From IMG/VR virus record IMGVR_UViG_3300010334_000030, positions 1 to 64,000 of that record: 64,000 nucleotides of DNA; one strand, written 5' to 3'. Within the stretch, counting starts at the first letter, position 1; each line of letters starts with the position of its first letter. The notes beneath the pieces are model-generated. The model made no database searches and was not told the origin of the DNA. It saw only the letters and a program-made list of their open reading frames with translations. This document shows positions 9,433 through 17,510 of this stretch, one piece after another. This DNA is from a virus. The position numbers were made by a program, and so were the translations under genes.

Positions 9433-9990
9433 TTAATCTTTTTTAGGTTCTGAAATTAATTCTACAATTTCATCATCTGTGTATGCGTGTAGCTTCAATC
9501 CATTTCCCATAACATTTTCCGTATTAGTTACGCGAGATTTTCTGATTGCCAATCTAACTTGCTCTTCTGTGTATAGAGATTTTTTTTCTTCTTCTACTAA
9601 CTTTTCTATTAAATCCCAACATTTAATTCTTTCATCAAAAGGTAATGACCATATTGCACCATCTATTAAGTCCGTTGTTGTTGTAGGATAATCACTATCT
9701 TCTTTTGGAGCATCTTTAGAATCTTCCCCCATTATCTCTGTGAGTATCTGTTTTGTATTGCTTCTAACGAGTTTAGCAACCTCTATTGGTTGCTGCATTT
9801 CATCTGTCCAATAGTATTTTATCTCAAACTCCACTTCACCATCCTCGGCATCTTCATCTAAGAGATAAACCTTTACGTAGTCCGGGTGTATTGGATACGT
9901 TCCACCTACACATGGCATTCCTGTAAAATCATAAAATGGGTCTTCAACTACCACCCATCCTGTTTCTGTTTTATGCAATTTTCCCTTCAT
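9433..9990 (-). CDS. mosaic cassette protein (MKGKLHKT family)
   Basis: Start moved to MKGKLHK by alignment to its paralogues; ends in PKKD. Confidence 0.8.
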   Translation of the reverse strand: MKGKLHKTETGWVVVEDPFYDFTGMPCVGGTYPIHPDYVKVYLLDEDAEDGEVEFEIKYYWTDEMQQPIEVAKLVRSNTKQILTEIMGEDSKDAPKEDSDYPTTTTDLIDGAIWSLPFDERIKCWDLIEKLVEEEKKSLYTEEQVRLAIRKSRVTNTENVMGNGLKLHAYTDDEIVELISEPKKD

Positions 9991-10228
9991 CTTCTTGATT
10001 TTTTGATTTGTTGTAAAGATCTTCATGAGAAGATGTTATAATTATATTCCTTACTTCAGACCAGAACTCGTAACCTCTATCTGCACCCATATAACTTAGT
10101 ACATTATCGCAAACGTACTTGCATATAGATTTAGCTGTTAATACATTCTTCTCGTGCGATAGCTCATAGCACCATCTAGTATATGAGTCTCTGTATAATT
10201 CTTGTGCTTTTTCTTTTGCTGTTATCAT
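9971..10228 (-). CDS. hypothetical protein (TAKEKAQEL...FWSEV)
   Basis: ATGA overlap with the upstream kinase. Confidence 0.7.
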   Translation of the reverse strand: MITAKEKAQELYRDSYTRWCYELSHEKNVLTAKSICKYVCDNVLSYMGADRGYEFWSEVRNIIITSSHEDLYNKSKNQEDEGKIA

Positions 10229-10608
10229 AACTTTATTTGAAATCTATTTTTCATTTGTTCTATCTTATCGTCTGGACATCCGTGAACATTTACTCCTTCG
10301 TGTCTATTCTCTACTATGATGGAATGTACCCTGAAATTATACTTCCCCCCAAGTTTAATATAGTTTTCCATCTCCCACTCTTGGGTGAATGTATTAGAGA
10401 CAACAATCTTGTCCTCGCCTCTTCTCATCGCAGTTTCGGTGCTGTGTAGACACCATTCGTGAGCGTCTTTTAGCCCAGCAGGATCAAAGTGATAAGTTCC
10501 ATTCTCCATGAAGTACATATCTGCTTCAAGATGTGTGCCTTCTATTGCTTTGGCTAGTGTTGATTTACCTGCACCCGGTAATCCTCTTAATAGTATTAGT
10601 GTTTTCAT
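10225..10608 (-). CDS. P-loop polynucleotide-kinase-like protein (AAA_33)
   Basis: LLRGLPGAGKST Walker A, EADMYF, VSNTFTQEWE, NVHGCP. Confidence 0.85.
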   Translation of the reverse strand: MKTLILLRGLPGAGKSTLAKAIEGTHLEADMYFMENGTYHFDPAGLKDAHEWCLHSTETAMRRGEDKIVVSNTFTQEWEMENYIKLGGKYNFRVHSIIVENRHEGVNVHGCPDDKIEQMKNRFQIKL

Positions 10609-10609
10609 T

Positions 10610-11290
10610 TTATTGTTCTCCTTTTAATCTTTCTTCATGATGATCGAATGGTAAAACGTTTGCTTGAACTGGACGCCCAGATAGCATTCTAACCACCTCA
10701 CCTAAAGGATAAGGAGTTAAATTGTTACCATCACATCCAACATCCATTGATCTACCCCCCATCAGTTTCTTATTGGCAGGTAAATGTACGTGACCAAATA
10801 AATGAAATCTGCCTTTGCTCATATCATGCCAGCTAGTAAGAGGATAGTGCATTAATACAAACTCGAATTTCGATTTAGCAGCCATCTTATTTTCAATCTC
10901 AACAGATAATATGGTGTATTGACTTACGCTTGAAAATAAGCTCTGAACATCTCCTCTGTTATTTTCGATATGGTGATCGTGATTTCCGAGAATTAAATGT
11001 ATGTTCTTACAGATAATTCTATCTCTAAATTCTTTGATTGAATCAAATCCACCAAATGACCAATCACCCAAATGAATCAGTATATCATCTTGGCCTACTG
11101 TCTTGTTGATATTATCAACAATAACAGAATTCATATGCTCTAGATTCTGAAAGTCCCTAGTCTGATCGATTGGAATAGAGCCATCCTGACGTCTCCAGTT
11201 AGTTACTCCTCTACATATATTCTTATGATTATAATGAGTATCAGAGGTGAAGAATAACTTTTGTCCAGGCTCCAACTTTATATTTAACAT
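10610..11290 (-). CDS. calcineurin-like phosphoesterase
   Basis: SDTHYNH, LGDWS, GNHD, HYP, GHVH and DVGCD motifs. Confidence 0.92.
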   Translation of the reverse strand: MLNIKLEPGQKLFFTSDTHYNHKNICRGVTNWRRQDGSIPIDQTRDFQNLEHMNSVIVDNINKTVGQDDILIHLGDWSFGGFDSIKEFRDRIICKNIHLILGNHDHHIENNRGDVQSLFSSVSQYTILSVEIENKMAAKSKFEFVLMHYPLTSWHDMSKGRFHLFGHVHLPANKKLMGGRSMDVGCDGNNLTPYPLGEVVRMLSGRPVQANVLPFDHHEERLKGEQ

Positions 11291-11311
11291 AAAAACTTCT
11301 TTTTAATCTTT

Positions 11312-11344
11312 GCAAATGTAGGGAGATTTCTCGGGGTAAAAAAA
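11312..11344 (-). promoter_or_regulatory. CGAGA-N8-TACATTTG promoter, copy 2
   Basis: Perfect Bacteroidota -7 element TAnnTTTG with an upstream CCGAGA box. Confidence 0.75.
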
Positions 11345-12493
11345 TTAGTGGGAATCTCCAATATCATGTTTCTCTCCGTAGATTAGATAATCTGGATTGA
11401 TCACCTTGGCAATCTTATTACGTACACCGTGTACATGCTTCACTACAACACCCTCGTGTGGTACTTTTGTCCCATTTATAAAGTTATTAAATACAAACTT
11501 GTCTTGAATCTCTTGTGACCACTTACCAACATAAAGTATATCCGCATGAGATAGTTCCAAATCATTTTCTATAACCATCTTTGCAAGAAGAGTTGATAAA
11601 TATTCTCCGTCCCACATAACATCAAATCCACAAAATTTAATATCATCTAACCCGTAATCATATCCTTTCTGAATTCCTTTACCGTAAATTTCGCCATATA
11701 AAACAACTCCCGAACCTACTTCATCCGACATTTTCTCCTTAACAAACTTCCATAATTTCTCTTTGATCTTGTATTTGTCAGCAATCTCATACCATACATT
11801 CGTATCGTAGAATCCTTGTGAGTCTGATCCCTTCTCAACATTATGCGAACCAACAACAAACTCATATTCAGACCATTTCCAATCAGGCTTTATCTTTCTT
11901 GCAAGTGCTAGCTTTATCTTGTCTAATAGAGACAATTTTGTTTTTCTTACTATACCATATCTTGCGTTTGTACCATGTATCTTTCTAGTAATTTGAACCA
12001 GATCTTCCTCAGTGAACATTCCAGTAACATTCTTCATATTAGGAAACTTGTAATACACAAGGAAATTTGGATTATCTTGATATCTTATTTTTCTACCTGA
12101 ACCAAGGGTTATTTGTTTAACCGGGGGTTCATACTTGAAGATGTTTAACTCCTTCATCATATCTCTACCCTCGTAATATTCGTTAGGGGTTCCTTTATAA
12201 GAAATAAACTTTAAAGGTATTATCAAACACTCACTATACACACCTCTTAACTTTACCGTTTTAACCCTCTGTCCCCTGCGGAGATAGTTGGTTACGTTCA
12301 TATCATCGGATAAATCTTGGGGTATAACCGCATCGGTGGTTGCAACAACAACCAAATCCCCAACATTATATTCCCCCTTCTGTATGATGCAATTCCATCC
12401 ACCGATGCGGGCTTGTTCTATTTTATCTGCACCCGGAATGTTTTCAATTACATCTATTTTTGCTACATAGCAGCAGCTGTTTACATTTTGCAT
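11345..12493 (-). CDS. RNA ligase, DRB0094/Rnl5-like
   Basis: N-terminal OB domain (IPGADKIE, VKLRGVYS); motifs KIHGTN, LYGEIYG, GFDV, EGVVVK and KVINPDY; start set at MQNVN. Confidence 0.9.
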   Translation of the reverse strand: MQNVNSCCYVAKIDVIENIPGADKIEQARIGGWNCIIQKGEYNVGDLVVVATTDAVIPQDLSDDMNVTNYLRRGQRVKTVKLRGVYSECLIIPLKFISYKGTPNEYYEGRDMMKELNIFKYEPPVKQITLGSGRKIRYQDNPNFLVYYKFPNMKNVTGMFTEEDLVQITRKIHGTNARYGIVRKTKLSLLDKIKLALARKIKPDWKWSEYEFVVGSHNVEKGSDSQGFYDTNVWYEIADKYKIKEKLWKFVKEKMSDEVGSGVVLYGEIYGKGIQKGYDYGLDDIKFCGFDVMWDGEYLSTLLAKMVIENDLELSHADILYVGKWSQEIQDKFVFNNFINGTKVPHEGVVVKHVHGVRNKIAKVINPDYLIYGEKHDIGDSH

Positions 12494-12503
12494 TTTTAAT
12501 TTT

Positions 12504-13115
12504 TTAAGGCATGTATAAAATAGTAGGATTATCTTTATGGATGTCCACTTTTGCTTTGTTGTCTGCAAGAAACTGGGTCATTCTTTGAATGTTAAACGGT
12601 CTCGTAATTAAATGATAACCATTCTTGGTTGGAATCATTTCCATCATAGGTTCTCTGCCGGTCTCTTCCTGAAGATCCTTTATCCTTTGATGCATAACTC
12701 CTAAAAATGCTTTACGTCCTTCGAAGTCTTTCCAGTCAATGTCAACAATCCACTTCTTATCATCGTCACCATGAAACTCACCTGAGACCGAGCTAAAGGC
12801 AAATCTAACCGCCTTGTAATCTTCAGACATAATAATATCAGTTACTCGCTTTAGCATTTGAAATGCTGTCTTCTTTGCACTTCTTTTGTTTATTCTGAAG
12901 TAAGCTCTTGCATTATTAGTATCACACGTTTGGATAATAGAATCCATTATGGCATCAAAGTGTGCTAGGTTATAAATAAAAAGGTCATCAATAACAACCA
13001 TATCTTTAGCAAGCCCAGGATTATCCTTTCTCCTCTTCAGGATTTCAAGAAAATAATAGGTGTCCGAATCTGAGAAATCCAGGAGTGGTCTAATTAGATC
13101 GAAGTTGTTTATCAT
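12504..13115 (-). CDS. AEP (prim-pol)-like protein
   Basis: WIVDID (DxD) and PTKNGYHLI (GxH) match AEP motifs I and II; adjacent to the RNA ligase. Confidence 0.6.
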   Translation of the reverse strand: MINNFDLIRPLLDFSDSDTYYFLEILKRRKDNPGLAKDMVVIDDLFIYNLAHFDAIMDSIIQTCDTNNARAYFRINKRSAKKTAFQMLKRVTDIIMSEDYKAVRFAFSSVSGEFHGDDDKKWIVDIDWKDFEGRKAFLGVMHQRIKDLQEETGREPMMEMIPTKNGYHLITRPFNIQRMTQFLADNKAKVDIHKDNPTILYMP

Positions 13116-13118
13116 CTT

Positions 13119-13730
13119 TTATTTTTTAGGTGTTAAATATTTTGGTTTAATCACAAGATTGTAGTAGTCAATGGTCTCTTCACTTTCATCACCACGGTGG
13201 GCAGTCCAAGTTTGAGGAAACTCTTCTCTGCATTGAGCCACTCTTTCTTTTCTTGATTTAGTTTTGTCTGTAGCATATTCATAGTACAACCAGCATTCCC
13301 AATAATGGGGTTCAGGTGCATTAACCGTTACTGCTACTTGCCATTTAAAAAATACAAATGAGATTAAGGGAGACCATTCAAATCTAAAGTCATTATCACT
13401 CCATTTAGTTTTCCATCCTAATCTAACAAAGTCAAATCCCACTTTTTTTGGAACTGCTTTCATAAAGCCTCTAGATTTCTCAATCCATTGATCGAGTGTT
13501 AACTGGGGAACGTTGGGATTAACAGCCACAGCTTTTATTTGCTTGTCTAACATTCCCTGAGCCTTTTCTCTAACCTCATCTTCATTGAGCTTTCTCCATC
13601 TTCTTGGAAAGAAGTAAGGAGTACCAATAGCAATCTTCCCCGCGTAGAATTTTAACCCGAAAGGCTTAAATGGGCTAAATAAAGCCTTGAAAAATTTTAG
13701 ATCGTTTAGTATAAACTTTAATTTTCTCAT
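13119..13730 (-). CDS. hypothetical Trp/Phe-rich protein
   Basis: Long, tightly packed ORF. Confidence 0.75.
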   Translation of the reverse strand: MRKLKFILNDLKFFKALFSPFKPFGLKFYAGKIAIGTPYFFPRRWRKLNEDEVREKAQGMLDKQIKAVAVNPNVPQLTLDQWIEKSRGFMKAVPKKVGFDFVRLGWKTKWSDNDFRFEWSPLISFVFFKWQVAVTVNAPEPHYWECWLYYEYATDKTKSRKERVAQCREEFPQTWTAHRGDESEETIDYYNLVIKPKYLTPKK

Positions 13731-13741
13731 TTTTTATCATT

Positions 13742-14290
13742 CTATTTTTTAAGGTACTCTTGACACCAATAACATGCTCTGATAAAGCTCGTTTCTGCAA
13801 CCCCTTTATTCATGAAACTAGAAGAATATTCCGAGGCAGCCTTTTTTATATATTCGTCAGGAATCTGTGCATCATAATAATTTAGTCCAGAAACGAATCC
13901 TTTCATCCAGAAGTTCTTATCGCTCTCATCACATCCATCGCATCCTTCCCATAAGCTTTCCGCCAGATCGTATTTCTCTTTTAATTCCCTCTTCTCAATA
14001 ATTTCATTGCAAATTTTTAAAGTTCCATCTATAAGGGGATAACCAGTTTCATCTATTTGAATGTCAGTGTTGGCAACTCTAATGGGCTCTTCCAATCCAG
14101 TTTCCCAAAAATCTTCTATCTCAAATTCTACTTCTTCACCATCCATATCTCTACCGAGTTCATAGTTTGGTTCTAAATAAGGATGTAACGGAATCTCTTT
14201 TGAAACGGTTTGTGGAAATGGGAATACCCTCAGGTAATCCTCATATTGAACTGTCCAGCCGTTTTTAGTTTTATGTAATTTACCTTTCAT
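13742..14290 (-). CDS. MKGKLHKT-family protein
   Basis: Paralogue of 9433..9990 and 8102..8512 (PLHP...DGEEVEFEI). Confidence 0.8.
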   Translation of the reverse strand: MKGKLHKTKNGWTVQYEDYLRVFPFPQTVSKEIPLHPYLEPNYELGRDMDGEEVEFEIEDFWETGLEEPIRVANTDIQIDETGYPLIDGTLKICNEIIEKRELKEKYDLAESLWEGCDGCDESDKNFWMKGFVSGLNYYDAQIPDEYIKKAASEYSSSFMNKGVAETSFIRACYWCQEYLKK

Positions 14291-14353
14291 CTTTATGGTT
14301 TATTAAACACAGGATCAATGACCACATAAATCACTGTGCTTTAGTTATACAAA

Positions 14354-14384
14354 GCAAATGTAAGAAAATTTCTCGAAGAAAAAA
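14354..14384 (-). promoter_or_regulatory. CGAGA-N8-TACATTTG promoter, copy 3
   Basis: TTTTTCTTCGAGAAATTTTCTTACATTTGC. Confidence 0.75.
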
Positions 14385-14409
14385 TAAAATTAAAGAAAAA
14401 TAGGGATTC

Positions 14410-14943
14410 CTATTTGGTAGGAACGTAAGTAACCTGTTCTATCTGCTCTGGTAGAATGCAGATAGTGTAATCAGAAGCTAGTTCAGGTTGTCTCTTAGTT
14501 TTAATATAAAATGATCTGGGGATGGCGAAAACGCATTCAGCTCCGTCTTTTTGGCCAACCCCAGTCACTACAAATTCTACGTCGGTGAAAATATTGATAG
14601 CATCCGTATAATCATCTTCTGGTCTGTCGTCTCTTTCTGTTCTGCTTCCATAGATGGCATATTTTCTTTTAGCCATTCTTTCTCTTTCTCTTTCCGCTTC
14701 TCTTTTAATATACTCTGGAGCATTTTTACCTTGACTAGGTAATATAGTCTCAACAACAACCATTTCAATCTCGCCACTAGCCTGAGATCCTAAGAAAATG
14801 TTGATAATTTCGGTTAGATCTTCAGTAGGCACACTCATTTCAGGCTTTGAATCATGGCCTCTGTAATGTGCTTCGTTGTAAACTGGCACTTTGGCTTCGT
14901 TTAAGCTAGATTCATATGATTCAAATTCCAGAAGGTGTTTCAT
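14410..14943 (-). CDS. hypothetical protein with CTS-like N-terminus
   Basis: MKHLLEFESYESSLNEA; GATATATA at 14963..14970. Confidence 0.75.
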   Translation of the reverse strand: MKHLLEFESYESSLNEAKVPVYNEAHYRGHDSKPEMSVPTEDLTEIINIFLGSQASGEIEMVVVETILPSQGKNAPEYIKREAERERERMAKRKYAIYGSRTERDDRPEDDYTDAINIFTDVEFVVTGVGQKDGAECVFAIPRSFYIKTKRQPELASDYTICILPEQIEQVTYVPTK

Positions 14944-14948
14944 GCTAA

Positions 14949-16208
14949 TTATCTTTTTCCATTATATATCGCTGGATTCTGAGCTTTTTTGGCTTGCTCC
15001 ACTTGTTTAGCTTTCTCTTTAGCTGCAGCTTGATAGAATTCTAGGTTCTTTTTAAGCCTATCCCTTTCAAAATCTGGAATACCGTTGAAAAATTCAGATT
15101 TAACGATGGCAGTAGTTTTTTCTAAAGCAATCTCTGGGTTTCCAATATAATGTGCAGCCAATGAGTACTCATCAAGAAGTCTCCATTGCCAGATCTCAGG
15201 TTCAACGAAAAGAATATCTGATGTTCCTCTAGTTTTAATAGCTACGTCTCCATAGGCAAAAGCGATCAAGAATCTTTTCTGTTCTCTTAACTTTCTCATA
15301 ACGTGGAATGCACACTCCAATCTCGATGGTCTGTATTCCCATGCCTTTGAGTAAAGATTAACAACCTCATCGATTGGATAGTTTAATCTCTCCTTTATTT
15401 TAGCCTCCATGTACATCGAATAGTAGACTTCTTCTTCCCAGCCACCCATCTCAGCTCTTTTAACATAAGCTTCTATCGACTTCTCATATTGCTCAGAATC
15501 TCTATAACTTTGAGCTAGATAGAAAACGTATCTGGCATTATCGGGTTCTTTTTCTAAAGCCTCTTCTAGAATTTTAGCGTCATTAGAGTATTTCTCTTGA
15601 AGACTCGATGCTCTCTTAAGAGGCGAGATGTCCGCAATAACGTGAGAATGCGGAATTGTGCCCTGGATTAGGTTTTGCTTATCTGTATGTAGATATTCAT
15701 GAAGAACCCCTTTATAACACCAATCAACATCAGATCTAACTACCTGAACACGATGGTATTGAAGAGCCCCTAATCTGTACATGATCTGGTAAGCATCTGG
15801 GGTCTTATCCAAACCAGCAAAAGGATTTCTTCCTGGCATTTCTGCAATGAAAGTGTCATCGGCATCTATAATCCATCTGTAATCACATTTACCCTTAGCC
15901 AACTCAAGACTCTCTGTTCTGTTAACTTCGAAATTTACCCATGGACGCTCGTGAAGTTCACCAGGAATTCCAAGTTTTTCCATTGTTGAATTAATAACCT
16001 CTTTGGTCTTATCCTTAGATCCGGTGTCGACAATTACCCAATATGAAATATACGGAGCAACTGCTGAAAGACATTTTTCGATAGTGTCCTCCTCATCCTT
16101 AACTATCATAACCAAGCAAAGCTCAATTGTTTGCTTCAATTCCTGCATCTTTACAATAGGCTTAGGAATACCCATTGGGATAGATTTCTTTTGATTCTTT
16201 TTGCTCAT
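14949..16208 (-). CDS. GT2 glycosyltransferase with C-terminal TPR repeats
   Basis: LVMIVKDEE, VDTGSKD, IDADD (DxD), GVLHEY, then TPRs (ARYVFYLAQSYRD). Confidence 0.92.
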   Translation of the reverse strand: MSKKNQKKSIPMGIPKPIVKMQELKQTIELCLVMIVKDEEDTIEKCLSAVAPYISYWVIVDTGSKDKTKEVINSTMEKLGIPGELHERPWVNFEVNRTESLELAKGKCDYRWIIDADDTFIAEMPGRNPFAGLDKTPDAYQIMYRLGALQYHRVQVVRSDVDWCYKGVLHEYLHTDKQNLIQGTIPHSHVIADISPLKRASSLQEKYSNDAKILEEALEKEPDNARYVFYLAQSYRDSEQYEKSIEAYVKRAEMGGWEEEVYYSMYMEAKIKERLNYPIDEVVNLYSKAWEYRPSRLECAFHVMRKLREQKRFLIAFAYGDVAIKTRGTSDILFVEPEIWQWRLLDEYSLAAHYIGNPEIALEKTTAIVKSEFFNGIPDFERDRLKKNLEFYQAAAKEKAKQVEQAKKAQNPAIYNGKR

Positions 16209-16235
16209 TTTATATTACTTTTAAGTGTTATACAG

Positions 16236-16877
16236 CTATTGTTTGTTTTTCTTTCTCTTTTTTTTATTTAATTCAAAAAAAATCATTTCCCCTATATCGT
16301 TAAGATGAACATGGATCTGGTATTTCCCATCCTCCGTGTCAATATTCTGTTTTTTCTTGTTACGATCCTTTCCCCTTAGTGAAATTTTATAGGCATCAAA
16401 TTCATCATCAAAAACCCAGAATGAGAATTCGTGATAGCTTTTATCTAATAAATAGTACTTAATAGGTGATTCTAGCGTGGAGATCCTAAGTTTATAAAGA
16501 TTGTCCTTCTTTGAATAAACGTCGATGAAAAAAATATTATGTGGGTTTCCTGAACTAACCAATCTGTTTTCAAGATCTACCCAAACCGCAAATTTGCTTT
16601 CTGTTAATTCTTTTGACTTGTATTTTATCTCATTAAGGGATAAACAATTCTTTATTGATTCGTGGGGATTGTTAGAACATAATACATCTAGCAAGAAGCA
16701 AAAATCTCTACTCTCAAATTGGCTAATTGATCTCAGATTTAAATCTGTATTTTTAAAAACTGAAACTAGATAATCAACGCAATCTTTAAGGATATTCTTT
16801 TTAAACTCCTCATGAATTTTGGAATCTAAAATTTTACTCTTCAAACTATTTACAAAATCGTCAGCCGCACTATTCAT
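16236..16877 (-). CDS. hypothetical protein
   Basis: Long ORF in the operon. Confidence 0.7.
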   Translation of the reverse strand: MNSAADDFVNSLKSKILDSKIHEEFKKNILKDCVDYLVSVFKNTDLNLRSISQFESRDFCFLLDVLCSNNPHESIKNCLSLNEIKYKSKELTESKFAVWVDLENRLVSSGNPHNIFFIDVYSKKDNLYKLRISTLESPIKYYLLDKSYHEFSFWVFDDEFDAYKISLRGKDRNKKKQNIDTEDGKYQIHVHLNDIGEMIFFELNKKKRKKNKQ

Positions 16878-16881
16878 TCTA

Positions 16882-17496
16882 TTAAGATTTCTTTAATCCA
16901 AGTTTTTTAACAACAGCAGCTAGAACTTCATCTTTACCGCTCTCTGCCTCTACCTTAACCAACTTTCTGCACTTTTCATAGAAGTCAACTAGAGGTAAAG
17001 TTTTCTCCTCATATTCTTTGAATCTTTGATTTACTATCTCGTCACTAGAATCATCTTTTCTGTTCTCCTCTTTAGCTCTAGCCTTAATTCTATCCTTTGC
17101 TATCTCATTTGGCAGATCCAGATAAAAAGCATGATTCAGACCCAATCCCATTCTGCCTAACATTGTGTCTAATCTTCTAGCTTGTTTAATTGTTCTTGGA
17201 AATCCGTCGAGAATAATTCCTTTAGAAACGTCTAGAGATTTAAGTTCTTTTCTAAGTATTTTAACCATCATATCGTCAGGAATTAAATTCCCACCTTCGA
17301 TAATTTTCTTTAATTCCGGATCGTCGGAGTTTCTGATAATATCACCCGTTGAGATGTGTGAAAATCCGTAGGTCTTTTTTAATTCTTTCGATAAAGTTCC
17401 CTTACCTGAACCAGGAGCTCCAAGGACGATCATTATTTCACCCTGATCCGAAGATTCGTTAATTTCAAATTCTGAAAGCTTTTTAATCTTTGCCAT
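16882..17496 (-). CDS. adk: adenylate kinase with a CTS-like N-terminal extension
   Basis: GAPGSGKGT, HISTGDIIR, LDGFPRT, short LID (RKDD); extra MAKIKKLSEFEINES. Confidence 0.93.
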   Translation of the reverse strand: MAKIKKLSEFEINESSDQGEIMIVLGAPGSGKGTLSKELKKTYGFSHISTGDIIRNSDDPELKKIIEGGNLIPDDMMVKILRKELKSLDVSKGIILDGFPRTIKQARRLDTMLGRMGLGLNHAFYLDLPNEIAKDRIKARAKEENRKDDSSDEIVNQRFKEYEEKTLPLVDFYEKCRKLVKVEAESGKDEVLAAVVKKLGLKKS

Positions 17497-17510
17497 TTTT
17501 AGTATTTTAT

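Larger units (their letters stand above)
7680..9444. repeat. dispersed 17-bp direct repeat CATAATTAATCTTTTTT at gene junctions
   Basis: Exact copies at 8097, 8510, 8978 and 9428; variants at 7680 and 8812. Minus strand reads AAAAAAGAT-TAA-TT-ATG. Confidence 0.9.

Noticed and set aside
7680-9444. Junction repeats as a CRISPR array or integron attC sites
   Set aside because: Spacers are about 410-470 bp of coding sequence; the repeat is 17 bp with no attC-like inverted cores; no cas or intI gene in the window
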